From the NCBI GenBank assembly GCA_036339465.1, contig JAYZAY010000064.1, positions 21,664 through 85,663 of the forward strand: DNA of 64,000 nucleotides, given 5' to 3'. The position numbers and the translations under genes are program-made. This DNA comes from Myxococcota bacterium (GTDB lineage: Bacteria > Myxococcota > XYA12-FULL-58-9 > JABJBS01). Below, one piece after another: positions 18,971 through 27,535 of this stretch; the stretch's first letter is position 1; each line of letters begins with the position of its first letter. Below the pieces are notes generated by a model. The model was given only the letters and a program-made list of their open reading frames with translations, was not told the DNA's origin and did no database searches.

Positions 18971-20014
18971 GTGCACCCGTTTTTCCATCCACTAACTCCC
19001 TATGAAACCATGCAACTCCTGACCTCTTTGGCTGTTGCTGGTCCCGAGGCTGTAGAACTTTTACGTTTTATCCCCGAGGAACAAAGAGAACGAATCAACG
19101 AAAAAGCAACGTCACTGCTCAAACTTGAAGGTGAAAAACGGATCCCGTTTGTCGTCTCGCAGCTCAAAGAACTCTTAAGTGGAGACAATATCGGCTTCGA
19201 CAAAATCGAGCCAAGCTGGATTTTGGATGAATTACTGGAAGAAGAACCTATTTCTATCGGAATTCTCCTTATAACCCTGCCACCAAACACCACCAAAATC
19301 TGTATCAAGATGCTCCCAGATACAATTCGTGAACAACTTCCACCAAGATCTGCCGTCATCGAAACCCCGCCCCTGGTTCAAAAAGCAGCACTTCGACAAT
19401 TCGAATCGCGCTTTACCCCAATGCCTTGTTTTGGCGCTTTGAGAGAGTTTCAGTTCCAAGACCTCCTCCGATTAGAAAGTTCCGATTGGCATCAACTTTT
19501 AAACGTTATTGGTAAAGTCGAGGTCGGTCAGGCATTCGTGTCAGTAGGTAAAATGGCTTTGGTTGATTTCTGCCGACAGCTTTCAGCCACAGACGCAGAA
19601 AATCTGCTCGCAACGGTCAAACGACACCCAGAAATGACCCCTGAAGAAATCAAAACCGGACAAAGATTTCTCTCCCGAATTGCTGGCTCCTTTAAGGCAA
19701 TGGATGAACTCTTTTCGTGTGCGAGTTTGTGGCGTCTTGCCAAAGCCACCTATGGAGAACCGAAACGATTCACCCAACAAATAGCCCTGCGAATACCGAG
19801 AAAGTGGGGAATCCAATACCTAGACTATCTCGAGAAAATACCAGAAATGGATGACCTAAACCCCCAAGATTTTTTAAACTATCAGGATTCAATCCTCATT
19901 GAGCTCATTCATCTAATCCATAACCAAGCCATCAATTTTCAAATGGGAAAAGCAAATATTGTGATGAATACGCCCGATCGCTACAAGAATGCCAGTACTG
20001 CGAATGACAATTAA
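18971..20014 (+). CDS. FliG-like / SctK-position sorting-platform adaptor
   Basis: Lies between sctJ and sctL; segments resembling FliG N, M (EEPISIGILL vs EHPQTIALIL) and C (FQFQDLLRL vs FxFEDLxxL). Confidence 0.6.
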   Translation: MHPFFHPLTPYETMQLLTSLAVAGPEAVELLRFIPEEQRERINEKATSLLKLEGEKRIPFVVSQLKELLSGDNIGFDKIEPSWILDELLEEEPISIGILLITLPPNTTKICIKMLPDTIREQLPPRSAVIETPPLVQKAALRQFESRFTPMPCFGALREFQFQDLLRLESSDWHQLLNVIGKVEVGQAFVSVGKMALVDFCRQLSATDAENLLATVKRHPEMTPEEIKTGQRFLSRIAGSFKAMDELFSCASLWRLAKATYGEPKRFTQQIALRIPRKWGIQYLDYLEKIPEMDDLNPQDFLNYQDSILIELIHLIHNQAINFQMGKANIVMNTPDRYKNASTANDN

Positions 20015-20059
20015 CATTGCCCCCTTTTAACCTAACCCCGGCCGTGGCAAAATCAACCT

Positions 20060-20722
20060 ATGGGAAAAGTAATTAAAAAAGGAATCGGAGACGACACAGG
20101 GTTTCAGGACCTCGTTTCCACCGATGAACCAACACGGCGAGCACCAATCATCGAGCGCGCTACAGTCGAAGCAAAAGATGAAGCTTCCGAAATTATAACG
20201 AAAGCCAAAAGTGAAGCCGAACAAATCATTCAAGCGGCAGAAGAAAAAGCAAAACACCTTGAGGCAGAAGCCCATGAACGCGGTTTTTCTGAAGGCAAAG
20301 AAGAAGGGGCATCCCAGTTACTCGAAACCGTAACCAAAGCCAGTAAGAGGATCCAGCAGACCGAAGACGCTCTTTCCAAAAACATTAAGGATCTGGCGAT
20401 TGGCATAGCCAAAAAGATCTTGGGTCAAGAGCTACAATCAAATCCTGATGCTGTGGTGGCACTTGTTAAACAAGCCCTCACCGACAAGGCGAGACAACGT
20501 AAAGAAATCAGCTTACGAATAAATCCAGAGGATTTGGAACACATCCGATCCAGTAGAAGCGAACTTCTTGAAGTATTAAGCCGTTGCCGCGAAATCTCAA
20601 TTAGGGAGGATCCAGACGTAGCGCGGTTTGGAGTCATTATAGAAACAGAAGCGGGTACCATTGATGCCCAATTAGAAACTCAGCTAGAGGCAATTCAAAA
20701 TGTTCTCAGAGCGATGCCCTAA
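20060..20722 (+). CDS. sctL: T3SS stator protein FliH/SctL
   Basis: AxxxA and GxxxG repeats (ERGFSEGKEEG), LRINPEDL, GVIIETEAGTIDA. Confidence 0.92.
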   Translation: MGKVIKKGIGDDTGFQDLVSTDEPTRRAPIIERATVEAKDEASEIITKAKSEAEQIIQAAEEKAKHLEAEAHERGFSEGKEEGASQLLETVTKASKRIQQTEDALSKNIKDLAIGIAKKILGQELQSNPDAVVALVKQALTDKARQRKEISLRINPEDLEHIRSSRSELLEVLSRCREISIREDPDVARFGVIIETEAGTIDAQLETQLEAIQNVLRAMP

Positions 20723-20737
20723 AGCCGAGAACAAAAA

Positions 20738-22078
20738 ATGAGTGACGGAGCACCTATCATCGACATTAATCAATATCTCCAAGCGATCGAACAAGCCGAA
20801 ACGGTTTCTGTTCGGGGCCGAGTTCTAGAGGTTACTGGACTGGTTATTAAGGCCCTGATCCCCGGAGTCCGAATTGGTGAAATGTGTTACGTCGATACGG
20901 GAATCGGCAATAGAATCGTCTGTGAAGTCGTCGGATTTCAAGACGAAAATGTGATGCTCATGCCCCTTGGGGAAGCACACGGTATTGGCCCAGACAGCGA
21001 AGTTTTAGCTACAGGAAGACCTTTCTCAGTTCGATGTGGTTGGGGCCTCCTAGGACGCGTTCTAGATGGCTTAGGACGACCTATTGATGGTGGCCCTGCC
21101 CTAGATGACCTTCCCGATCTCGTGGATTGGCCGGTGGAACGTGAAGCCCCAGACCCCATGAAACGAATGCGAATTACCGAGAGTATCGCCATGGGAGTTA
21201 GAGCCATCGACGGACTTTTAACCGTCGGTCTAGGCCAAAGAGTTGGGCTTTTTGCCGGTTCCGGGGTTGGCAAATCGACTCTCATGGGCCAGATCGCCAG
21301 AAATACTGAAGCTGAAGTTGTTGTCGTCTGTCTCATTGGTGAGCGGGGTCGTGAAGTAAGAGACTTTATAGAAGAATCCCTAGGCGATGAGGGTCTCCGA
21401 AAGGCGGTTCTAATTGTGGCGACCTCAAATACCCCCTCCTTGGTTCGCTTAAAGAGCGCTTTTATTTCCACCGCAATTGCCGAATGGTTTAGGGATCAGG
21501 GAAAGAAAGTTCTCTTTATGATGGACAGCTCAACCCGATTTGCACGTGCTCAACGCGAAATAGGTCTAGCCATAGGAGAGCCACCCGCCCGGCAAGGCTA
21601 TCCACCGAGCGTATTTTTTCAGATCCCTAGGCTCATGGAACGCACCGGTAACAATGAGACGGGTTCAATCACGGCCCTCTATACCATTTTGGTTCAAGGC
21701 GGAGATATGGAGGAACCTATCGCTGATGAAGTGCGCGGTATCCTAGACGGCCATATTATCCTTAATCGAGAGCTGGGCGCACGAAACCACTGGCCCGCTA
21801 TCGATATACTGCCTTCTCTTTCCAGAGTCATGAATGGAGTTGCCGGTGACCAACACAAAGCGGCGGCCGCCAAGTTACGAGAAGTACTAGCAACCTACGA
21901 AAAACAGCGGGATCTTATTCTCCTCGGAGCATACCAATACGGTACAGACACAAAAACAGATTATGCCATCGACAAAATCGAAGAAGTCGAAGCATTCCTT
22001 AGACAAGGCATGCTTGAATGCGACGATTTTGAAACAACCGTTCATAAGCTAGCCAGCATGTTCACAGACGTAATGTAG
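20738..22078 (+). CDS. sctN: T3SS export ATPase
   Basis: Walker A AGSGVGKS, GERGREVRDF, MDSSTRFARAQREIGL, GYPPS, ILDGHI. Confidence 0.96.
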   Translation: MSDGAPIIDINQYLQAIEQAETVSVRGRVLEVTGLVIKALIPGVRIGEMCYVDTGIGNRIVCEVVGFQDENVMLMPLGEAHGIGPDSEVLATGRPFSVRCGWGLLGRVLDGLGRPIDGGPALDDLPDLVDWPVEREAPDPMKRMRITESIAMGVRAIDGLLTVGLGQRVGLFAGSGVGKSTLMGQIARNTEAEVVVVCLIGERGREVRDFIEESLGDEGLRKAVLIVATSNTPSLVRLKSAFISTAIAEWFRDQGKKVLFMMDSSTRFARAQREIGLAIGEPPARQGYPPSVFFQIPRLMERTGNNETGSITALYTILVQGGDMEEPIADEVRGILDGHIILNRELGARNHWPAIDILPSLSRVMNGVAGDQHKAAAAKLREVLATYEKQRDLILLGAYQYGTDTKTDYAIDKIEEVEAFLRQGMLECDDFETTVHKLASMFTDVM

Positions 22079-22097
22079 GGTGAATTGAGTTAACTCC

Positions 22098-22592
22098 ATG
22101 GCCAAAAAACAAGAATATCGACTACAAGCGCTATTGGAAATCCGGAAACGCACCAAAGAGGACAAAGAACAAGAACTCGGTCAGTGCCTACAACGTTTGG
22201 AGACAGAAAAAGACAGCCTCGCCGGAATGAAGAAAAAATTAGAGGAAATGCTCCAAGACCGCGAACGAAGAGCAAAAGAATACGCCGATAAGCAGATGCG
22301 TGGCGAGATGAGCGCCCAAGCAATGACCGGAGCCCAATCTTACCTGAAAAGACTGAAAGAGAGTGAGGCCATCCAAGAAGAACTTATTCGAGATCAAGAA
22401 TCGGTGATTCGCCAAAGGCAAGATGAAGTTCAAGCAGCAAGAGAAATACTCTTAGAAGCAACCCAAGAACTAAAAAGCCTAGAGAAACACAAGGAAAAAT
22501 GGGAAAAAAAGGTCAAGAAAGAAAGACAAGCCAAGGAAGAACAAGAGCAAGAACAATTGGCACAGGCTATCTTTTTAAATAGGGAGAAATAA
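22098..22592 (+). CDS. sctO: T3SS stalk protein FliJ/SctO
   Basis: YRLQALLEIR N-terminus, all coiled coil, LEKHKEKW; directly after the ATPase. Confidence 0.85.
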   Translation: MAKKQEYRLQALLEIRKRTKEDKEQELGQCLQRLETEKDSLAGMKKKLEEMLQDRERRAKEYADKQMRGEMSAQAMTGAQSYLKRLKESEAIQEELIRDQESVIRQRQDEVQAAREILLEATQELKSLEKHKEKWEKKVKKERQAKEEQEQEQLAQAIFLNREK

Positions 22593-22655
22593 GGAGAAAT
22601 AAGGAGAAATAAGGAGAAATAAGGAGAAATAAGGAGAAATAAGGAGAAATAAGGA
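22581..22655 (+). repeat. 10-bp tandem repeat (aaggagaaat x6 plus two variant flanking units) spanning the sctO stop codon
   Basis: Read directly from the sequence. Confidence 0.95.
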
Positions 22656-22743
22656 AGAAAACAAATCTTCTAACCCGTGACCCCACCAAACGATAATGTG
22701 ATTAAGGCTGCCTGCCAAGGTAAGTACAAGGAGCCCACCTATT

Positions 22744-23586
22744 ATGAGCGACCGAGTCCAAGACCGCCGTGAAGCACAAATAACAGAGCAAAAACGCCTG
22801 GAAAAGGAAACATCGAAAAAAGACACACAGAAGTCTTCAGACCGAAAATTCTCACAGACAATGAAAAATGCTGCCTCCGAAACCACAACCAGATCAAACC
22901 AACCTCCAAGTACAAATCGCCCTAAAGGGGCAGCCAGCAAGAATAGCAGCGCGCAAGCGCTCGCAGCGCGCAAGGGAATTGCTTCGCAAAAATTCAGTGA
23001 CACTCTCTTTGGAACAGGAGAGAAAAACCTAAATTACTCCAAAGACTTAAGTAGCAACAGGGCCGAGCAAAAAGATCAAGAAAGACTCGAATTCAACGAT
23101 TCGAAGCAACAAGACTCCGTTAAGGAGCTGAACGAGAATGACCCACTGGCCGCAATAAGTGAGAGGCAAAGTCAATCAGGACAGGGGGGCAGTTTCGGGC
23201 AACCCCACGACGAGGGCCACCAACCTGAGACAGGTAGCCTAGACACAATCGATAACATAGGAAATCCGTCTGGCACCAAAAACGTGAAGCAAAGTCAGGG
23301 CGCTGGCCAAGCAGGTCAAATCCCACCCGCTATCCTTGAAAAACTCGTCAACCAAGTAATGGCCGGTGTGGATGAAATAGGCCAACCCCAATTCATCATC
23401 GAACTTAACCAAGAAACTTTGCAGGGTGCAAGAATCGAGATCAAACGGGCTGAAGACGGCATCGAGATAATATTCACGAGTCCTCACAAAGATATCCAAA
23501 ACCTGATTAAATCAAATGAAAATCGACTACATCGAGCATTTCACCACCGCGGGCTCAACCTTAATAAAGTCTCTGTGAGTAGCTAA
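22744..23586 (+). CDS. sctP: FliK/SctP-like length-control (ruler) protein
   Basis: Low-complexity polar N-terminus plus T3S4-like C-terminal domain (IELNQETLQGARIEI...IEIIF...LHRAF..RGL); located between sctO and sctQ. Confidence 0.7.
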   Translation: MSDRVQDRREAQITEQKRLEKETSKKDTQKSSDRKFSQTMKNAASETTTRSNQPPSTNRPKGAASKNSSAQALAARKGIASQKFSDTLFGTGEKNLNYSKDLSSNRAEQKDQERLEFNDSKQQDSVKELNENDPLAAISERQSQSGQGGSFGQPHDEGHQPETGSLDTIDNIGNPSGTKNVKQSQGAGQAGQIPPAILEKLVNQVMAGVDEIGQPQFIIELNQETLQGARIEIKRAEDGIEIIFTSPHKDIQNLIKSNENRLHRAFHHRGLNLNKVSVSS

Positions 23587-23726
23587 TCACTCCACTTCTC
23601 ATCCTCTATCTACCATTCACTAAACATCTCAATTTGCCCCCGAGCTCTTCAATGATATAAGGCTTGGCGTTGGACAGAGTGGGCTGATGCCCATGATAAT
23701 TTTCAGACGAAAGAAATGGACAAAAC

Positions 23727-24986
23727 ATGGATTCGGTTAGAGCCTACCAATTCCATAATCTCCCCAAATACAATCGCCTTGAAGCGGGATTACTCGAAAC
23801 ATCTAGCGTGTTTCTTTCTAATAATCTTTTTGGACCAAGCCTCCTCCAAGCAATCCAAAGCAAGCTGGGTGAACTTGTCCGAACCTCCGTCCAACTTACA
23901 AACTCCCCTCCAACCCTACTTAAAGGCACCGAAGTCAGCCAGTTACTACCGGAACAAGGCTGCTTCATGCATTTACAGTGCAACCCTACGACTGAGCGGA
24001 TCCTAGTGGACATTGATGCCGGTTTGGCACTGGGGTGGATCGATGCAATGTTCGGTGCCCAAGTCAAAATAACCCCTGTACAACGACCACTTAACGAAAT
24101 CGAAAGAGGAGCATTCTCGTACATCATTCTAAATGTTCTAGCTGAAATTCATTCCGGTTGGTCGCACGGACCGCAATTGTCCCTGAGCTTAATGGAGACG
24201 TTCAGTTCTCGAAAAAACGCCATGACCACGTTAGACCTAAACGGAAACCATTTCCACCTAGGAATCACCATCGCTTTTGCCAAAAGCCTTGGCTATATTC
24301 GGCTATTTGTGCCCACAAGCTTGATGTCGGAACTTGCAACTTGGGCCTTACTGGATCAGGTCTCTCATGATTCACTCAGCTTTCGAAGAAAACGAGCTGC
24401 GATGCTTCATGATCTAGATTGTAAAGCGCGCTGTGAAATTGCTCGGATTGGCCTAAGTATTGAGGAGCTAAAAAACTTGGAACGTGGGGATATTATTATC
24501 CCCGAAGACCATGGCATTAGTCTTGGTCCTAACGGACCATCCGGAGACCTGCAAATTAGACTGGGGCGAGGTCAAAACGGCTACCTCCAGACCCAATTAA
24601 TTCCAGATTCCGGACAATTAAAATGTGCCATTCAATCGATCATTATACATGAACAACCCAATGAGGTTCCCATGGACGAAGACCAAATATTAAACGAAAC
24701 AAACGGTGAAATGGTGGAAAACCCTGCCCACAACGACAATCTAGAGCAAACCGAGGGACTTCTTAATGATATCCAATCTCCCGTAGTCGTTGAGCTAGGC
24801 CGACTCAATTTGAATGCGGGTCAGGTGATTCGCCTCAAGGAAGGACAAATTCTTCGCCTCCCTCGAGCCGCCACTGATCCGGTCGATCTCGTCGTCAATG
24901 GTCGCGTCTTCGCCCGGGGGCAACTTGTGGAAGTCGAGGGAGAGCTGGGTGTTCGAATCCTTCAGCTCGCTGGCTCTCAATCCTAA
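23727..24986 (+). CDS. sctQ: T3SS cytoplasmic ring protein SctQ (FliM/FliN-like, two SPOA domains)
   Basis: LSIEELKNLERGDII and VVVELGR...LKEGQIL...VNGRVFARGQLVEVEGELGVRI. Confidence 0.9.
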   Translation: MDSVRAYQFHNLPKYNRLEAGLLETSSVFLSNNLFGPSLLQAIQSKLGELVRTSVQLTNSPPTLLKGTEVSQLLPEQGCFMHLQCNPTTERILVDIDAGLALGWIDAMFGAQVKITPVQRPLNEIERGAFSYIILNVLAEIHSGWSHGPQLSLSLMETFSSRKNAMTTLDLNGNHFHLGITIAFAKSLGYIRLFVPTSLMSELATWALLDQVSHDSLSFRRKRAAMLHDLDCKARCEIARIGLSIEELKNLERGDIIIPEDHGISLGPNGPSGDLQIRLGRGQNGYLQTQLIPDSGQLKCAIQSIIIHEQPNEVPMDEDQILNETNGEMVENPAHNDNLEQTEGLLNDIQSPVVVELGRLNLNAGQVIRLKEGQILRLPRAATDPVDLVVNGRVFARGQLVEVEGELGVRILQLAGSQS

Positions 24987-25004
24987 ATACCCCAGGAACC
25001 ATTC

Positions 25005-25601
25005 ATGAAAACATTGGTGCTTGCCCTAGGGCTCATCATGGGAACGCTGGCAGGGCCTGCTTCCTCTACTGAAGCAGTGAAGTCTCCTAAAGTCCTCTCT
25101 AAGGGCGAAAAGGCCACATCACCAAATATTGCCCCTAAGGCACCAAGTGGAAAACCAGACCAGTCACCTGCTCCAGCACCGAGCCCACCCCCAAGTTCTT
25201 ACGACATATCCAAAGAAAATGCCGGACAGGTCTCTAAAGCCAATGAAGAAACTGATAATGATTTTGGTACCGCTCTTTTGAAGATGATTATTTCCCTTGG
25301 GGCGGTCCTGGCTTTGCTCATCATCATCGGCAGGGTTTTTCGGGGGAAATTAAAGTACTTTGGCTTCCCCGGCCAAACAAACGACATGAAATTGTTGACT
25401 CGCTTACCACTGGATAGCAAACACGTCCTTTTCGTGGTTGAAGTGGGTTCCAAGAACAAGTTACTTCTTGGCGGCGGTAACGGAAGCCTTTCTTTATTGA
25501 GAGAGTTCTCTTCAGAAGAAACCGACAGGTTGGCTTCCTCAGAGCCCGTTCAGGCAAACATCGAAACGGGATCACTACATCCTCGTGTAAAGGAAGCATA
25601 G
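25005..25601 (+). CDS. fliO: FliO-like export-gate assembly chaperone
   Basis: N-terminal signal and Pro-rich segment, TM helix LKMIISLGAVLALLIII, FliO motif MKLLTRLPLDSKHVLFVVEVG..LLLG...LSLL; directly before sctR. Confidence 0.75.
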   Translation: MKTLVLALGLIMGTLAGPASSTEAVKSPKVLSKGEKATSPNIAPKAPSGKPDQSPAPAPSPPPSSYDISKENAGQVSKANEETDNDFGTALLKMIISLGAVLALLIIIGRVFRGKLKYFGFPGQTNDMKLLTRLPLDSKHVLFVVEVGSKNKLLLGGGNGSLSLLREFSSEETDRLASSEPVQANIETGSLHPRVKEA

Positions 25602-25607
25602 GCTATT

Positions 25608-26402
25608 ATGAAACGACTCTGGAACACGATGAACTGGGCAATAGCCTTGACAATGCTGCACTGGATGGACGCTGCACCCGCCTTGGCTGTGAAAAAGGGG
25701 GCTGACGCCCTCGGCTCAAATAGCCTTGCGAATCGACCCTTAATTCTTCTAACCGCCCTAGCCGGCCTCGCTCTCGTACCATTTGTTCTAATAATGGTCA
25801 CTTCGTTCGTAAAAATTGCGGTGGTGCTCTCCATCGTGAGACAGGCCGTGGGAACTCAGCAAATCCCTCCAACGCAAGTCATTACCGGGTTGGGAATCGT
25901 TCTTACCGTCTACATTATGATGCCAGTGGGACTGGAAGTCTATCACAACGCCCAGGAGAGAATGCTTCAGGAATCGCCCAAGGGCGAAAGTATGAAAATG
26001 AGCGACCTTACGGTGCAACAAGCTCTAGACCTCGCCAAGGAGGCAGAAGGCCCAATGAAAGGTTTTCTGGTAAAACATGCCCATTTGAAAGATCGGGACA
26101 TGTTCTACAAACTCGCTTGGAGAATGAGAAAACCGCGAGATAGAGCAACGCTTTCCGACCAAGATTGGGCCATCATTATTCCTGCCTTCGTCATCAGTGA
26201 ACTCAAGGAAGCCTTTCAAATTGGGTTCATTCTATTCGTCCCGTTCTTGGTGGTCGACATGGTCGTCGCCAACATACTTATGGCCCTGGGTATGCAGATG
26301 CTCTCGCCAACAACGATATCCCTCCCATTCAAAATCCTCTTATTCGTAATGGTCGATGGATGGTACCTAATAACCAAGGGCCTTGTGATAGGATATCAGT
26401 GA
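25608..26402 (+). CDS. sctR: Export apparatus FliP/SctR
   Basis: TSFVKIAVVLSIVRQAVGTQQIPP, PAFVISELKEAFQIGF, LGMQMLSPTTISLPFK, VDGW. Confidence 0.96.
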   Translation: MKRLWNTMNWAIALTMLHWMDAAPALAVKKGADALGSNSLANRPLILLTALAGLALVPFVLIMVTSFVKIAVVLSIVRQAVGTQQIPPTQVITGLGIVLTVYIMMPVGLEVYHNAQERMLQESPKGESMKMSDLTVQQALDLAKEAEGPMKGFLVKHAHLKDRDMFYKLAWRMRKPRDRATLSDQDWAIIIPAFVISELKEAFQIGFILFVPFLVVDMVVANILMALGMQMLSPTTISLPFKILLFVMVDGWYLITKGLVIGYQ

Positions 26403-26409
26403 GGAACAT

Positions 26410-26688
26410 ATGGACCAGGAAGTCATAGAGTTTATCATTCGAATTACCAACGAAGCCCTATTGATGATTATCGTGGTTTGCGGACCGCCCATTCTTCTTA
26501 GTATGATCGTGGGGCTCTTAATTTCACTCTTTCAAGCGGTTACCCAACTTCAAGAACAGACCCTCACCTTCGTCCCTAAGATGATCGTTATCTTCGGGGT
26601 TCTCGCTGCTCTGGGACCTTGGCTTGGGGGAACACTTTTGACCTTTGCGCAAAAGTGCTTCTCCGAATTCCCAAAATACTTATTTTGA
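26410..26688 (+). CDS. sctS: Export apparatus FliQ/SctS
   Basis: GLLISLFQAVTQLQEQTLTFVPK. Confidence 0.96.
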   Translation: MDQEVIEFIIRITNEALLMIIVVCGPPILLSMIVGLLISLFQAVTQLQEQTLTFVPKMIVIFGVLAALGPWLGGTLLTFAQKCFSEFPKYLF

Positions 26689-26704
26689 TACTACGACGAA
26701 GCGC

Positions 26705-27535
26705 ATGGAAGACTTTCTAATAAAAGCCAGAGAACTCCTAAGTTACACCACGGAGCTTATGACCTTCGCTTTGTTGATAGGTCGTACCATGCCAATGATC
26801 GTTCTAACCCCCTTTCTCGCTGGCAAGATCGCTCCCACCGAACTCAAGATGGGCTTGGGAATCTCCCTAAGCCTACTTATTTGGCCCGTGGCTACCGCAG
26901 GTATGACAGGGCAACTCGTTTACGCTCCGGGCCCCTTTCTCTTACTGATGCTGAAAGAAACCTTCATCGGTTTCGCCATAGGATTTGTCAATGCACACAT
27001 CTTTTATGCCATGGAAATGTCCGGTCGTATCATTGACACTGTACGGGGGGTTTCCATGTCCGAGGTCCAAGTTCCCCATTCTCAACAGCGTGCAACCCTA
27101 ACCGGGAGTCTCTACTATCAATTACTCTTAATCGTATTTTTTGCGGCCGGGGGTCACCATGTGTTTTTCAATGCATACTTTGATTCGTATTTAACAATTC
27201 CTATCAACGAAGGAATTGCCACCGGACTGGGCCTCACCGCACTCACCGACTTCATCGCCAAATTGACTGGGGATATACTTACCATCGCCGTCAGATTGGC
27301 AGCACCCATTATCGCAGCCACATTAATTACGGACATCGTTTTCGGGATTCTAAACCGCGTTGCCCCGCAACTTAACGCATATTTCATGTCTATGCCCGTA
27401 AAGGCTCTCGGGGGCGTGATCGTCATATTCATTGCATTCTCGGCTGTGCTTGCAAGCTTCAATGAGTTTACAATATGGGGCTCCGAAGCAATGAGAGATA
27501 TAATCGCATATTTCTCAAAAACCATAGGCATGTAA
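26705..27535 (+). CDS. sctT: Export apparatus FliR/SctT
   Basis: LKETFIG, GRIIDTVRG, LAAPI, GILNRVAPQLNAYFMSMPVK. Confidence 0.94.
   Translation: MEDFLIKARELLSYTTELMTFALLIGRTMPMIVLTPFLAGKIAPTELKMGLGISLSLLIWPVATAGMTGQLVYAPGPFLLLMLKETFIGFAIGFVNAHIFYAMEMSGRIIDTVRGVSMSEVQVPHSQQRATLTGSLYYQLLLIVFFAAGGHHVFFNAYFDSYLTIPINEGIATGLGLTALTDFIAKLTGDILTIAVRLAAPIIAATLITDIVFGILNRVAPQLNAYFMSMPVKALGGVIVIFIAFSAVLASFNEFTIWGSEAMRDIIAYFSKTIGM

Noticed and set aside
22581..22655. CRISPR or iteron interpretation of the 10-mer array
   Set aside because: Too short, no spacers, no rep gene; it derives from the sctO 3' end
22670..22696. Sigma-28 promoter CTAA-N15-AACGATAA before sctP, and similar weak matches near 14885 and 17961
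   Set aside because: Too many mismatches to TAAA-N15-GCCGATAA to separate from chance, and this sigma's specificity may have diverged
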